A stretch of DNA of 64,000 bases. It comes from Thermoanaerobaculia bacterium. Its GTDB lineage: Bacteria; Acidobacteriota; Thermoanaerobaculia; Gp7-AA8. The stretch covers positions 4,674-68,673 of the forward strand of contig JBKJQB010000195.1 of NCBI GenBank assembly GCA_046594105.1, in the 5' to 3' direction. This document shows positions 40,305 to 48,562 of this stretch, one piece after another. Below the pieces are notes generated by a model, which saw nothing but the letters and a program-made list of their open reading frames with translations, searched no databases and was not told where the DNA came from. Numbering within the stretch: position 1 is the stretch's first letter; each line of letters opens with the position of its first letter. The position numbers and the translations under genes are program-made.

Positions 40305-41189
40305 TTACGGAGTGGCCAGACTGGCTACCTGACCCTCGAGGCGGCTCCCGAGGTCGTTGCGGAACGTGTTCACGCGCTGCACGTAATTGCGCGTCTCCTG
40401 GAACGGCGGGATTCCGTGGAAGCGGCGAACGTTGCCTTCCCCGGCGTTGTACGCGGCGATCACCTTCTGTTGATCGCCGTCAAAGCGGTCGGTGAGGTAC
40501 CGCAAGTACTTGGCCCCCGCGGTGATGTTCTGCACCGGGTTGGTCAGGTCCTTCGCGCCCATCCAGCGTCCCGTCTTCGGAACGAGCTGCATCAAGCCGA
40601 TCGCGCCGGCGTGCGAACGCGCGGTGGGAACGAACTTCGACTCCGTGTGGACGACTGCGGCGACCAGCTCGGGCGAGATGTCGTTCCTTCTGGCCTCGTT
40701 GTAGATGATCGAGCCGAAGGGGACCTCTCTCTGGAAGAAGCGTTCGCGGACGGTCTCCGAGGCGCTGGCCATCATCTGCGGAGCCTGCACGGCCTTTTCC
40801 AGCGCCGGGCTGGCAACCGTTTTGGCAACGTCGTGCACCGCACCGGTGACACCGCCGGCAACCTGCGCGGCAATCTGTCCGGCGATCCTGAGGTCGCGGG
40901 CGATCACGGTTCCGGTCTGACGGTCTTCGGTGTCCCGAGGTTGCTCGGAGACCCCGCGCTGGCGGGAGGCCTTGGGGTCGCCGACGCTCTGGAGGAGGTT
41001 GCCCACCTTCATCGGGATTCCGACGCCGCCGAGGGCGAGTGAGGCGCCGAGCGCCCAGGTCGCGTACTTTTTGCGCAGGGAGCTGGGAAGCCTTCCCTGA
41101 ACTTTCTGCACTTCCTGACGAAGCTGCGACCGATCGTATCCATCAAGGAATCGTTCCTGAAACGGCCTGCTGGTTTTGATCTCGTTCAT
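40305..41189 (-). CDS. lytic transglycosylase (SLT domain)
   Basis: 295 aa. AVVHTESKFVPTARSHAGAIGLMQLVP catalytic Glu context and AAYNAGEGNV are SLT family hallmarks. GGGGG RBS is upstream. Confidence 0.75.
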   Translation of the reverse strand: MNEIKTSRPFQERFLDGYDRSQLRQEVQKVQGRLPSSLRKKYATWALGASLALGGVGIPMKVGNLLQSVGDPKASRQRGVSEQPRDTEDRQTGTVIARDLRIAGQIAAQVAGGVTGAVHDVAKTVASPALEKAVQAPQMMASASETVRERFFQREVPFGSIIYNEARRNDISPELVAAVVHTESKFVPTARSHAGAIGLMQLVPKTGRWMGAKDLTNPVQNITAGAKYLRYLTDRFDGDQQKVIAAYNAGEGNVRRFHGIPPFQETRNYVQRVNTFRNDLGSRLEGQVASLATP

Positions 41190-41350
41190 GAGTACCCCCT
41201 GAGACAGGTAACGCCTGTTATTTTGCAAACGAGGAACCAACATTCGTGTCTTCCAAGCTATTGATGGGCAATGATTTAATGCCATGTCCACAACCGCTGT
41301 AGATTGGGCACTTTGGCCCCCCGGGCGAATTGTGCTTAGATGCCCGGACG

Positions 41351-41953
41351 ATGCGTCTGACGAGGCAGCGGATGGTCGGGATGGCCTTCGCGGGGGTTGT
41401 TGTGCTCGCCTCGGATGCCCGGGCCCAGAACTACCTCTGTGAGGACCAGATCAAGCTCGACGAAGCGACCATGGCCTGCTTCCAGTTCGGTCCGGAGCAG
41501 CCCTCCGGCCTTCCTCTTCCGGAGCGGAGTTCCTACGAAATCCGGCTCTTTCGCTATGCCCAGGTCGCGTCACGGCACCGGTTGGCCGGACTGGCCAGCT
41601 TCTACTCCACTTCTCTGGACGGAACACTCACCGCGAACGGGGAAATCTATCGGAATCGCCGCGTGTCGGCCGCTCACCTGACGCTCCCGCTCGGCTGCTG
41701 GGTGGAGATCCGGTCGCGGGCCACTGGCCGGAAGATGCACGTGCGAGTCAACGACCGCGGCCCCTACGTCAACAAATTTGCCATCGATCTCTCGCAGGCA
41801 GCGGCAAAGTATCTGGGGGTAGATTTCTCCGAGGATCGATGGGTGAGCATCCGCATCATCGCCCTGCCGGGTGAGGAGCCACTCCCTCAGGAAGTGATCG
41901 ACGGGCCGCGCTTCAGCATTGGCGAAGAGGGCGAATCGCTGCTCTCACATTGA
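41351..41953 (+). CDS. rlpA: septal ring lytic transglycosylase RlpA-like (double-psi beta-barrel)
   Basis: Signal peptide then ASFYSTSLDGTLTANGEIY...VNDRGPYVNKFAIDLSQAAAKYLG, typical of the RlpA DPBB domain. Confidence 0.7.
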   Translation: MRLTRQRMVGMAFAGVVVLASDARAQNYLCEDQIKLDEATMACFQFGPEQPSGLPLPERSSYEIRLFRYAQVASRHRLAGLASFYSTSLDGTLTANGEIYRNRRVSAAHLTLPLGCWVEIRSRATGRKMHVRVNDRGPYVNKFAIDLSQAAAKYLGVDFSEDRWVSIRIIALPGEEPLPQEVIDGPRFSIGEEGESLLSH

Positions 41954-41993
41954 ACGGTGCACCTTTCGGAACGCCGGTGCTGTTCGGCGAGAT

Positions 41994-42050
41994 CCCGCCG
42001 GCAAGATGCCGGCGGACCGGCCGGCAGGGATGCCGGCGCTCCGAAAGTCG
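41994..42050. repeat. repeat family B copy
   Basis: CCGGCAAGATGCCGGCGGACCGGCCGGCAGGGATGCCGGCGCTCCGAAAG, between convergent rlpA and histidine kinase. Confidence 0.8.
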
Positions 42051-42091
42051 GGACGGCTCCGGCGTGGTTGGCGCAGCGGTCGAGGCACGTC

Positions 42092-42859
42092 TCAGCGAGG
42101 GATGGTGAGGCAGAAGGTGCTGCCCTGTTCCAGTGCGGTGTCGACGCTGACGGATCCACCGTACCCCTCGACGATCCGTTTCGCCAGGTAGAGGCCGTAG
42201 CCGGGGCCTCCTCCGCGCGACTTGTCGAGTTTCAGCCCCAGCTCGAAGATCTGTGCGACGTAGCGAGGATCGATGCCGATGCCGTTATCGCGCACGCAGA
42301 ATTTAAAGCCCTTCTCCACCCCGGTGCAGGTGATGACGATGGATCGTTCATTCTTCGGCCGGTCGTTGAAGAACAATGCGTTGCCGATCAATGCTCCGAT
42401 GGCTTCGCGCATTTTCTCGGGGTCCACGTCCACGGTGGGCAGGTCGGAAGCGACTTCGACCCGCACCGCGCCCTCGCCGAGGAGGGAGTTGTACTTGAGC
42501 AGCACCTCTTCCACGAGTTCTCGAAGCGGCGTGGGGCGCTTCACGCTGGGGCGCGACAGGAGTTTGACGATATGGGACATTTCGTCGAGGACCTTCTTCA
42601 TCTGCCCTGCGCTCGACCGGACCCGCCGCAGAAAGTCCTGCCCCTCTTCGTCCAGACGATCGTTGTAATCGGCCAGAAGCAGCTCGCTGAATCCGTCGAT
42701 GGAGAAGATCGGCGACTTGAGGTCGTGAGACAGAACGCTGAACAGCTTCGTCAGTTCCTGCGTCGACAGCGTCTCTCCGACTTCCGGCTGCGCGTTGGGT
42801 ACTTCGATGGCGTCCTCCGTACTGAAAATCACTCCGCGTTGACCACGAGCTTCCTGCAT
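42092..42859 (-). CDS. sensor histidine kinase (cytoplasmic, HisKA + HATPase_c only)
   Basis: 255 aa. H-box LSHDLKSPI. N box ALIGNALFFN. G boxes DNGIGID and GGPGYGLYL. No TM or sensor domain and no adjacent response regulator. Confidence 0.75.
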   Translation of the reverse strand: MQEARGQRGVIFSTEDAIEVPNAQPEVGETLSTQELTKLFSVLSHDLKSPIFSIDGFSELLLADYNDRLDEEGQDFLRRVRSSAGQMKKVLDEMSHIVKLLSRPSVKRPTPLRELVEEVLLKYNSLLGEGAVRVEVASDLPTVDVDPEKMREAIGALIGNALFFNDRPKNERSIVITCTGVEKGFKFCVRDNGIGIDPRYVAQIFELGLKLDKSRGGGPGYGLYLAKRIVEGYGGSVSVDTALEQGSTFCLTIPR

Positions 42860-42898
42860 CTTACAGGCCCGCGTGAGCTCGTCTGGACGGGGGAGCGG

Positions 42899-43603
42899 TC
42901 AGGTGGAGGTGGTCTCTCCCGCCTTCCTGCGAAAGGCGGCGACGTTCCCCGCGCCGAGGATGACCGTTGCGCCGTCGGCACCGATTGCCAGAGCCGAGCT
43001 GCGGGGAATGCCCAGACCCAGACGAACCTCAGGAAGCGACATCAGCCTGCGCAGCATGGTGTCCTGCTGCGGGTCGAACAGCGTCTCGATGACGGTTTCT
43101 TCGAGCCATCCCAGCGCCGGCAGGGTGCTCGCTCCGCGCGGATCGCGAGCGACGGTGCCGAAGCAGGAGGCCGCGGCGCCGATGGCGGCGATGACGGTTC
43201 CCGCAGCAGCCGCCTCGCGCATGGCCAGTTCCGCCGGGGTGTCTCGCAGCGGTTCGAGGAGCTGGCTGGCCAGCCCGCCGCCGAGATAGATCATCCCCGC
43301 CGAACGAAGGAGCGTTGCATTCTTGCCCCGCCGCCCGTCGCGGCCGCGATAGATCGGAACGTTGATGGTGTTGACCGTGGGATCGATGGAAGTGAAGTAT
43401 TTTCCTAGATGCACGGCGTACTCTGCGGAGCCGGAAGCGGCGGGGATGAAGGCGATGGTGCGCCGGTCGGCGGGCATGCTGCGGAGCAGAAACTCGTCGA
43501 TCTCACGGGTCTCGCCAAAGGAAAACTCCCCCCCGCCGATCAGCACCAGATGGTGGAAGGGCGTCGCCGGCGGAACGGTCAGATTCTGCATTGGCCTCCC
43601 CAT
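42899..43603 (-). CDS. peptidase S51 / cyanophycinase-like (class I glutamine amidotransferase-like fold) protein
   Basis: [15 protein letters not shown]-terminus and [12 protein letters not shown] are typical of the dipeptidase E/cyanophycinase fold. Start is ambiguous between 43603 and 43591. Confidence 0.5.
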   Translation of the reverse strand: MGRPMQNLTVPPATPFHHLVLIGGGEFSFGETREIDEFLLRSMPADRRTIAFIPAASGSAEYAVHLGKYFTSIDPTVNTINVPIYRGRDGRRGKNATLLRSAGMIYLGGGLASQLLEPLRDTPAELAMREAAAAGTVIAAIGAAASCFGTVARDPRGASTLPALGWLEETVIETLFDPQQDTMLRRLMSLPEVRLGLGIPRSSALAIGADGATVILGAGNVAAFRRKAGETTST

Positions 43604-43622
43604 CGCGGTGCGCGACGCTGAT

Positions 43623-44525
43623 TCAGCGCTTCCAGACTTGTTCGATCTTCGCGCCCATCTCGCTGGGCGCTTCGACCACGTGAATGCCGGCTTGCTGCAA
43701 CGCCGCCATCTTTTCCGCAGCCGTGCCCTTGCCGCCGCTGATGATGGCACCGGCGTGTCCCATGCGGCGGCCGGGAGGGGCAGTCTGACCGGCGATGAAG
43801 GCAACCACCGGCTTGTGGACGTTCTCGTTCACGTAGGCCGCAGCTTCTTCCTCGGCGCTGCCGCCGATCTCACCGATCATGATGATGGCCTGCGTCTCCG
43901 GATCGCTTTCGAACGCGGCCAGGCAGTCGATGAAGTTCGTGCCGGGAAGCGGGTCCCCGCCGATTCCCACGGCGGTGGACTGGCCGATGCCGCGCGAGGA
44001 GAGCTGGCCGACTGCTTCGTAAGTCAGCGTTCCGGAGCGCGACACGATTCCGATGGGACCGGCCTTGTGAATGTGGCCGGGCATGATGCCGATCTTCGCC
44101 TGGCCTGGCGTGATGATGCCGGGGCAATTCGGTCCGATCAGGCGCGAGGGCATTCCCCCGGCCATGAGGTGGCGGGCGTTGGATTTCCGCAGGAAGTCAT
44201 GAGCCCGGAGCATGTCGTTGACCGGGATGCCTTCAGTGATGCAGATGATCAGCTCAATGCCGGCGTCGGCCGATTCCATGATGGCGTCGGCCGCGAACGG
44301 CGGCGGCACGAAGATCAGCGAGCAGGTGGCGCCCTCTTTCTCGCGCGCTTCCACCACGCTGTCGAAAACAGGGAAGCGCTCGTGCGTCGTTCCGCCCTTG
44401 CCGGGAGTGACTCCGCCGACGACCTGGGTGCCGTAGTCGCGGCACTGGATGGCGTGGAAGCTTCCTTCTCGCCCGGTGATCCCCTGAACGATCACTCGGG
44501 TGTTCTTGTCTGCCCAGATGGCCAT
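43623..44525 (-). CDS. sucD: succinyl-CoA synthetase alpha subunit
   Basis: 300 aa. [14 protein letters not shown] CoA-binding motif. Phospho-His region SRSGTLTYE. Confidence 0.9.
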   Translation of the reverse strand: MAIWADKNTRVIVQGITGREGSFHAIQCRDYGTQVVGGVTPGKGGTTHERFPVFDSVVEAREKEGATCSLIFVPPPFAADAIMESADAGIELIICITEGIPVNDMLRAHDFLRKSNARHLMAGGMPSRLIGPNCPGIITPGQAKIGIMPGHIHKAGPIGIVSRSGTLTYEAVGQLSSRGIGQSTAVGIGGDPLPGTNFIDCLAAFESDPETQAIIMIGEIGGSAEEEAAAYVNENVHKPVVAFIAGQTAPPGRRMGHAGAIISGGKGTAAEKMAALQQAGIHVVEAPSEMGAKIEQVWKR

Positions 44526-44562
44526 GAATGTTCCTTTGTCGACTCGACGGTCCTGGAGCGTG

Positions 44563-45738
44563 TCAGGCGCGCGCGGTGTGTTCTCTGGCGGCGGCGACGA
44601 CCTTCTGCGCGGCGTCCCACATCCCATCCGCGGTGATGAGAGGAAGTCCCGAATCAGCGAGGATCTTCTTTCCCAGCTCGACGTTGGTGCCTTCCAGGCG
44701 GACCACCACCGGCACCGGCAGCCCCACTTCGCGCGCCGCGCTGACCACGCCCTCGGCGATGCGATCGCCCCGCATGATTCCGCCGAAGATGTTGATCAGG
44801 ATGGCCTTGACGTTCGGGTCGCTGAGGATGATCCGGAACGCGTTCTTCACCTGCTCGGCGCTCGCGCCACCGCCGACATCGAGGAAGTTGGCTGGTTGTC
44901 CGCCGGCCAATTTGATGATGTCCATGGTGGACATGGCCAGCCCGGCGCCGTTGACCATGCAGCCGACGTTGCCATCGAGCTTGATGTAGTTCAGGCCGAA
45001 CTTCGAGGCCTCCACTTCCAGCGGATCCTCTTCGTTGAGGTCGCGCATGGCCACGATGTCCTTGTGGCGGAACAGCGCGTTGTCGTCGAAGCTCATTTTG
45101 CAATCGAGCGCGAGGACCTCGCCTTCCTTGGTCACCAGCAGCGGATTGATCTCCAGCAGCGCCGCGTCGGTCTCGATGTAGGCGCGCATCAACTTCTGCA
45201 CGAAGTCGACGCACTTTTTATAGGCGTCGCCTTCCAGTCCCAGCGCCTGGGCCACGGCCCGTGCCTGGAAGGGGAAGGCGCCGGCCACTCCATCGATGGA
45301 TTCGCGGTGGATGGCCTGAGGATCGCGCTCAGCGACTTCCTCGATCTCCATCCCACCCTGTTTCGAAGCCATGATCACCGGCATTCCGATGCGGCGGTCC
45401 AGGGTGATGCCGAGATAGAGCTCCCGATCGATGTTCAATGCTTCTTCAATCAGAACGGTCCGGACCAGCTGTCCTTCCGGGCCGGTCTGGTGCGTGATCA
45501 GGTTCATCCCGATGATTTTTTTCGCCAGCGCAGCCGCTTCGTCGGGATCCTTGGCCAGCTTGACGCCGCCACCTTTGCCGCGGCCGCCAGCATGGATCTG
45601 CGCTTTGACCACCACCCGTCCGCCGAGCTCTTTGGCCGCCTTGCGCGCATCCTCCGGGTTGTCGACCACGATGCCGCGAGGCGTGGGGACGCCGTAGCGG
45701 CGGAGGAGTTCCTTGGCCTGATATTCATGGACTTTCAT
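44563..45738 (-). CDS. sucC: succinyl-CoA synthetase beta subunit
   Basis: 391 aa. [21 protein letters not shown]-grasp N-terminus. GIMRGD...NIFGGI motifs. Confidence 0.9.
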   Translation of the reverse strand: MKVHEYQAKELLRRYGVPTPRGIVVDNPEDARKAAKELGGRVVVKAQIHAGGRGKGGGVKLAKDPDEAAALAKKIIGMNLITHQTGPEGQLVRTVLIEEALNIDRELYLGITLDRRIGMPVIMASKQGGMEIEEVAERDPQAIHRESIDGVAGAFPFQARAVAQALGLEGDAYKKCVDFVQKLMRAYIETDAALLEINPLLVTKEGEVLALDCKMSFDDNALFRHKDIVAMRDLNEEDPLEVEASKFGLNYIKLDGNVGCMVNGAGLAMSTMDIIKLAGGQPANFLDVGGGASAEQVKNAFRIILSDPNVKAILINIFGGIMRGDRIAEGVVSAAREVGLPVPVVVRLEGTNVELGKKILADSGLPLITADGMWDAAQKVVAAAREHTARA

Positions 45739-45765
45739 GCGCGCGGGTTTGTATCACAACCAGGC

Positions 45766-47382
45766 TCACGATCCCTTTCGCTGGTCTCTGGCGTGCTCGA
45801 CCGGCTCCGCATCGGGATCGACATCGCTTTCCAGCATGGAACCGAATCCGGCTGGCGCCACCGATCGAACAAACTTGCGAAGGACGCGCTTTTCGCCGGC
45901 GGTGAAGAAGTTGATCAGAAAGAGCGATGCGATCGCGCCGCAGAAGATGGAGGCGCGCGCTGCGGCCAGGGCCGGGCCGCCCTGCAGGATGTGCCCGAGC
46001 GTGAGGATCCGCTCCGCGCCGTACCCCACGCCTACGATCCCGGCCACCGTTCCGACCCGCGTCCAGTCGTAGGGAATCGGATACACCTTCTGCGCCTGCA
46101 CGTACAGCGAGCCAGCCATGGCCATGTACGCGAACAGCGTGGCCAGCGCAGCGCCCATGATCCCCATCCGCGGGATCAGAACGATGTTGGAGACGATGTT
46201 CACCAGCGCGCCCAGACCGGTGATGAAGGGCAGCACCTTGTTGTGCTCCTTGATGTAGATCCCGGCGATGAAATTCGTGTACATCCCCTGAAAGATGTAC
46301 GCAAACAGCACGACCGGAATGATCGACATCCCGGTCAGATACTCCGGCTTGAGCAGGCGGCGGCCGTGGTAGATCGGCGTGGAAACCAGATACGGGAGCG
46401 CGAACGAGAGTCCGAGAAATGCCGTCAGCGCGATCATCATGAAGTAGGTGAACACGCGCGAGAAGAGATGCCGGGCGCGGGTGTCGTCCGTCTTGGCCTG
46501 CCGGAGGAAGAAGGGCCGCCAGGCGTATTCGAACAGCGAGACAAACACCATCATCACGAACCCCAGCCGGTAGTTGGCCTGATAGATCCCCAGAACGGCA
46601 AGGCCGAGGATGTTCTGGACCAGGGGCCGGTCGATGACCTGCACCATCATTGCGCTCAGGTTGGCGGGGACGTTGGTCAGTCCGAACGGAACCAGCTTGC
46701 GCAGGACCTCGCGGTTCAGGCGCGGCCGGAAGTGCCGGGCGATGGTCGGAATCAGCATCGCCAGCGTGAAGGCGGAAGCGAACAGGTTGGCTCGGAAGAT
46801 TCCGGCCACACCCCAGTGAAATCCGAGGATGAAGACGAAGTTCAGGACCAGGGTGACCAGAATGTTGAGCAGCTTCAGAGTGGCGAAGAACTTGGCCTTC
46901 CGCTCCAGCCGCAACAATGCAAACGGAATCGCTGCCAGGCTGTCGAACAGGACGATCCAGGCGCCGTAGCGCAGAATCGAAATCAGCATCGGCAGCATGG
47001 CAGTGATGTCGGCGTGAGGATCGTGGAAGATCGGCCCGGCCAGCATCGGAGCGGCGAGAATCACCCCCAGGGAAAGGAGGCCGCCAAAGATCAGGATGGC
47101 CAGGAAGGGGGCGCTGAACAGGTCGCCCTCTTCCGTTGCGCTTCGTTTCTCCTGGTCACCCTTGGAGGCGTAGCGAAAGTAGGCCGACTCCAGCCCCAGG
47201 GTGTAGACGATCATGAAGAAACTGAGGTAGGTGTAGAGCGACGTGGAGATGCCGTACTCCGCTGCATTGCGGAGCACGTTGACGTAGAACGGGACGAGAA
47301 GAAAATTCAGGAATCTCCCGATCACGGTGCTGGCGCCGTAGATCAAGGTGTCCTGGGAAAGGCTTTTGAGCTGTTCGCGCAT
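45766..47382 (-). CDS. oligosaccharide/polysaccharide flippase family protein (MOP superfamily, Wzx/MurJ-like)
   Basis: 538 aa with about 14 TM helices. N-terminal SLSQDTLIYGASTVIGRFLNFLLVPFYV is typical of the polysaccharide-biosynthesis (Polysacc_synt) family. Confidence 0.7.
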   Translation of the reverse strand: MREQLKSLSQDTLIYGASTVIGRFLNFLLVPFYVNVLRNAAEYGISTSLYTYLSFFMIVYTLGLESAYFRYASKGDQEKRSATEEGDLFSAPFLAILIFGGLLSLGVILAAPMLAGPIFHDPHADITAMLPMLISILRYGAWIVLFDSLAAIPFALLRLERKAKFFATLKLLNILVTLVLNFVFILGFHWGVAGIFRANLFASAFTLAMLIPTIARHFRPRLNREVLRKLVPFGLTNVPANLSAMMVQVIDRPLVQNILGLAVLGIYQANYRLGFVMMVFVSLFEYAWRPFFLRQAKTDDTRARHLFSRVFTYFMMIALTAFLGLSFALPYLVSTPIYHGRRLLKPEYLTGMSIIPVVLFAYIFQGMYTNFIAGIYIKEHNKVLPFITGLGALVNIVSNIVLIPRMGIMGAALATLFAYMAMAGSLYVQAQKVYPIPYDWTRVGTVAGIVGVGYGAERILTLGHILQGGPALAAARASIFCGAIASLFLINFFTAGEKRVLRKFVRSVAPAGFGSMLESDVDPDAEPVEHARDQRKGS

Positions 47383-48562
47383 GAATATCGGGGATCACAT
47401 CACAATCGAGGCCATCGAGCTCGTGGCGGGCGGTTCGGCCCTGGCCCGGGTGGAAGGTCTGCCGGTCTTTGCCGACAGTCTCTTCCCGGGCGATGTGGCC
47501 GTTGCCCGTGTGGTGACGGTCAAGAAAGGCTTCGCCCGGGCGGAGGTGGTGAACCTGGTTCGGCCGTCACCGTTGCGGCGTGCCCGACCTTGTCCCGTGG
47601 CTGCCGAGTGTGGCGGCTGTGACTGGACCGCCCTTCGCCTGGACGCGCAACTGGTGGCCAAACGTCGCATCCTCGAAGAATCGCTGCGCCGGGTCGGCAA
47701 GATCGATCGCGCGCAGCTCCCACCCATCACCATCCATCCTTCACCGCTGAATTACCGGATGCGTTCCAGGCTTCATCGCGATGGCCACGCCGTCGGTTTT
47801 TATGCGATGGGCTCCAACGACGTCGTGCCGCTGTCCAGCGAGTGCGAAGTGGTGGGACTGGAGACCGCGCGACGTTTCGGACATGCCGCGGAAGAAGGAC
47901 ACCACACGCCGAAAGGGCGGCCAGGACCTTCGCGGGAAGTCGCCGATAGCGTGGCCGAAGAAGGGCCGGGACTGGAAGTGTGGGAGCTGGACGGAAATCT
48001 GATGGAGTCCGGCGAGCTGGAGCTCCGTGTCGAAGGATTCACCTATCACCTTTCCACCGATTCCTTCTTTCAGGTGAATCGGCACCTGCTGTCTACGATG
48101 TTGCGGCTGGTCGGCGGACTGGCTGACCTGGTAAAGGCGTGCGAGCGCGCCCTCGATCTGTACGGAGGGGTGGGATTTTTCGCCCTTCCCCTGGCGCAAC
48201 GCTTCGAGCACGTCATCACGGTGGAGGGTTCGCCCTCCTCGCACCGAAACGCGTTGAGAAATGCGCCGCCGAATGTCCAGCCGGTCCATCAGGCGGTGGA
48301 GCGCTACGTAGCCCGGATGCCGCCCGCGAATCTGATTTTCCTCGATCCGCCGCGCGCCGGTGCCCGCCCCGAAGTGATCGATGCAATCGCCGCTTCTGGT
48401 GCCGAAGCGATTGGCTATCTCTCGTGCGATCCGGTAACCTTTTCGCGCGACGCGGGCCGGCTGACCGCTGCGGGGTGGCGCATCGCGTCGCTCGACCTGC
48501 TCGACCTCTTCCCCAACACCCATCACGTGGAGACCCTCGCTTCGCTGGAGCGTGCGCGATGA
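47381..48562 (+). CDS. rlmD: 23S rRNA (uracil-5-)-methyltransferase RlmD/RumA-like (TRAM + SAM MTase)
   Basis: N-terminal TRAM domain. Fe-S cysteines CPVAAECGGCDW. C-terminal class I MTase (LDLYGGVGFF, FLDPPRAG, SCDPVTF). Confidence 0.75.
   Translation: MNIGDHITIEAIELVAGGSALARVEGLPVFADSLFPGDVAVARVVTVKKGFARAEVVNLVRPSPLRRARPCPVAAECGGCDWTALRLDAQLVAKRRILEESLRRVGKIDRAQLPPITIHPSPLNYRMRSRLHRDGHAVGFYAMGSNDVVPLSSECEVVGLETARRFGHAAEEGHHTPKGRPGPSREVADSVAEEGPGLEVWELDGNLMESGELELRVEGFTYHLSTDSFFQVNRHLLSTMLRLVGGLADLVKACERALDLYGGVGFFALPLAQRFEHVITVEGSPSSHRNALRNAPPNVQPVHQAVERYVARMPPANLIFLDPPRAGARPEVIDAIAASGAEAIGYLSCDPVTFSRDAGRLTAAGWRIASLDLLDLFPNTHHVETLASLERAR

Noticed and set aside
41957-43408. 483-aa plus ORF
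   Set aside because: Antisense to the histidine kinase and S51 peptidase. Begins inside repeat family B.
44500-47622. 1040-aa plus-strand ORF
   Set aside because: Antisense to sucC and the flippase gene, both of which have unambiguous motifs on the minus strand.
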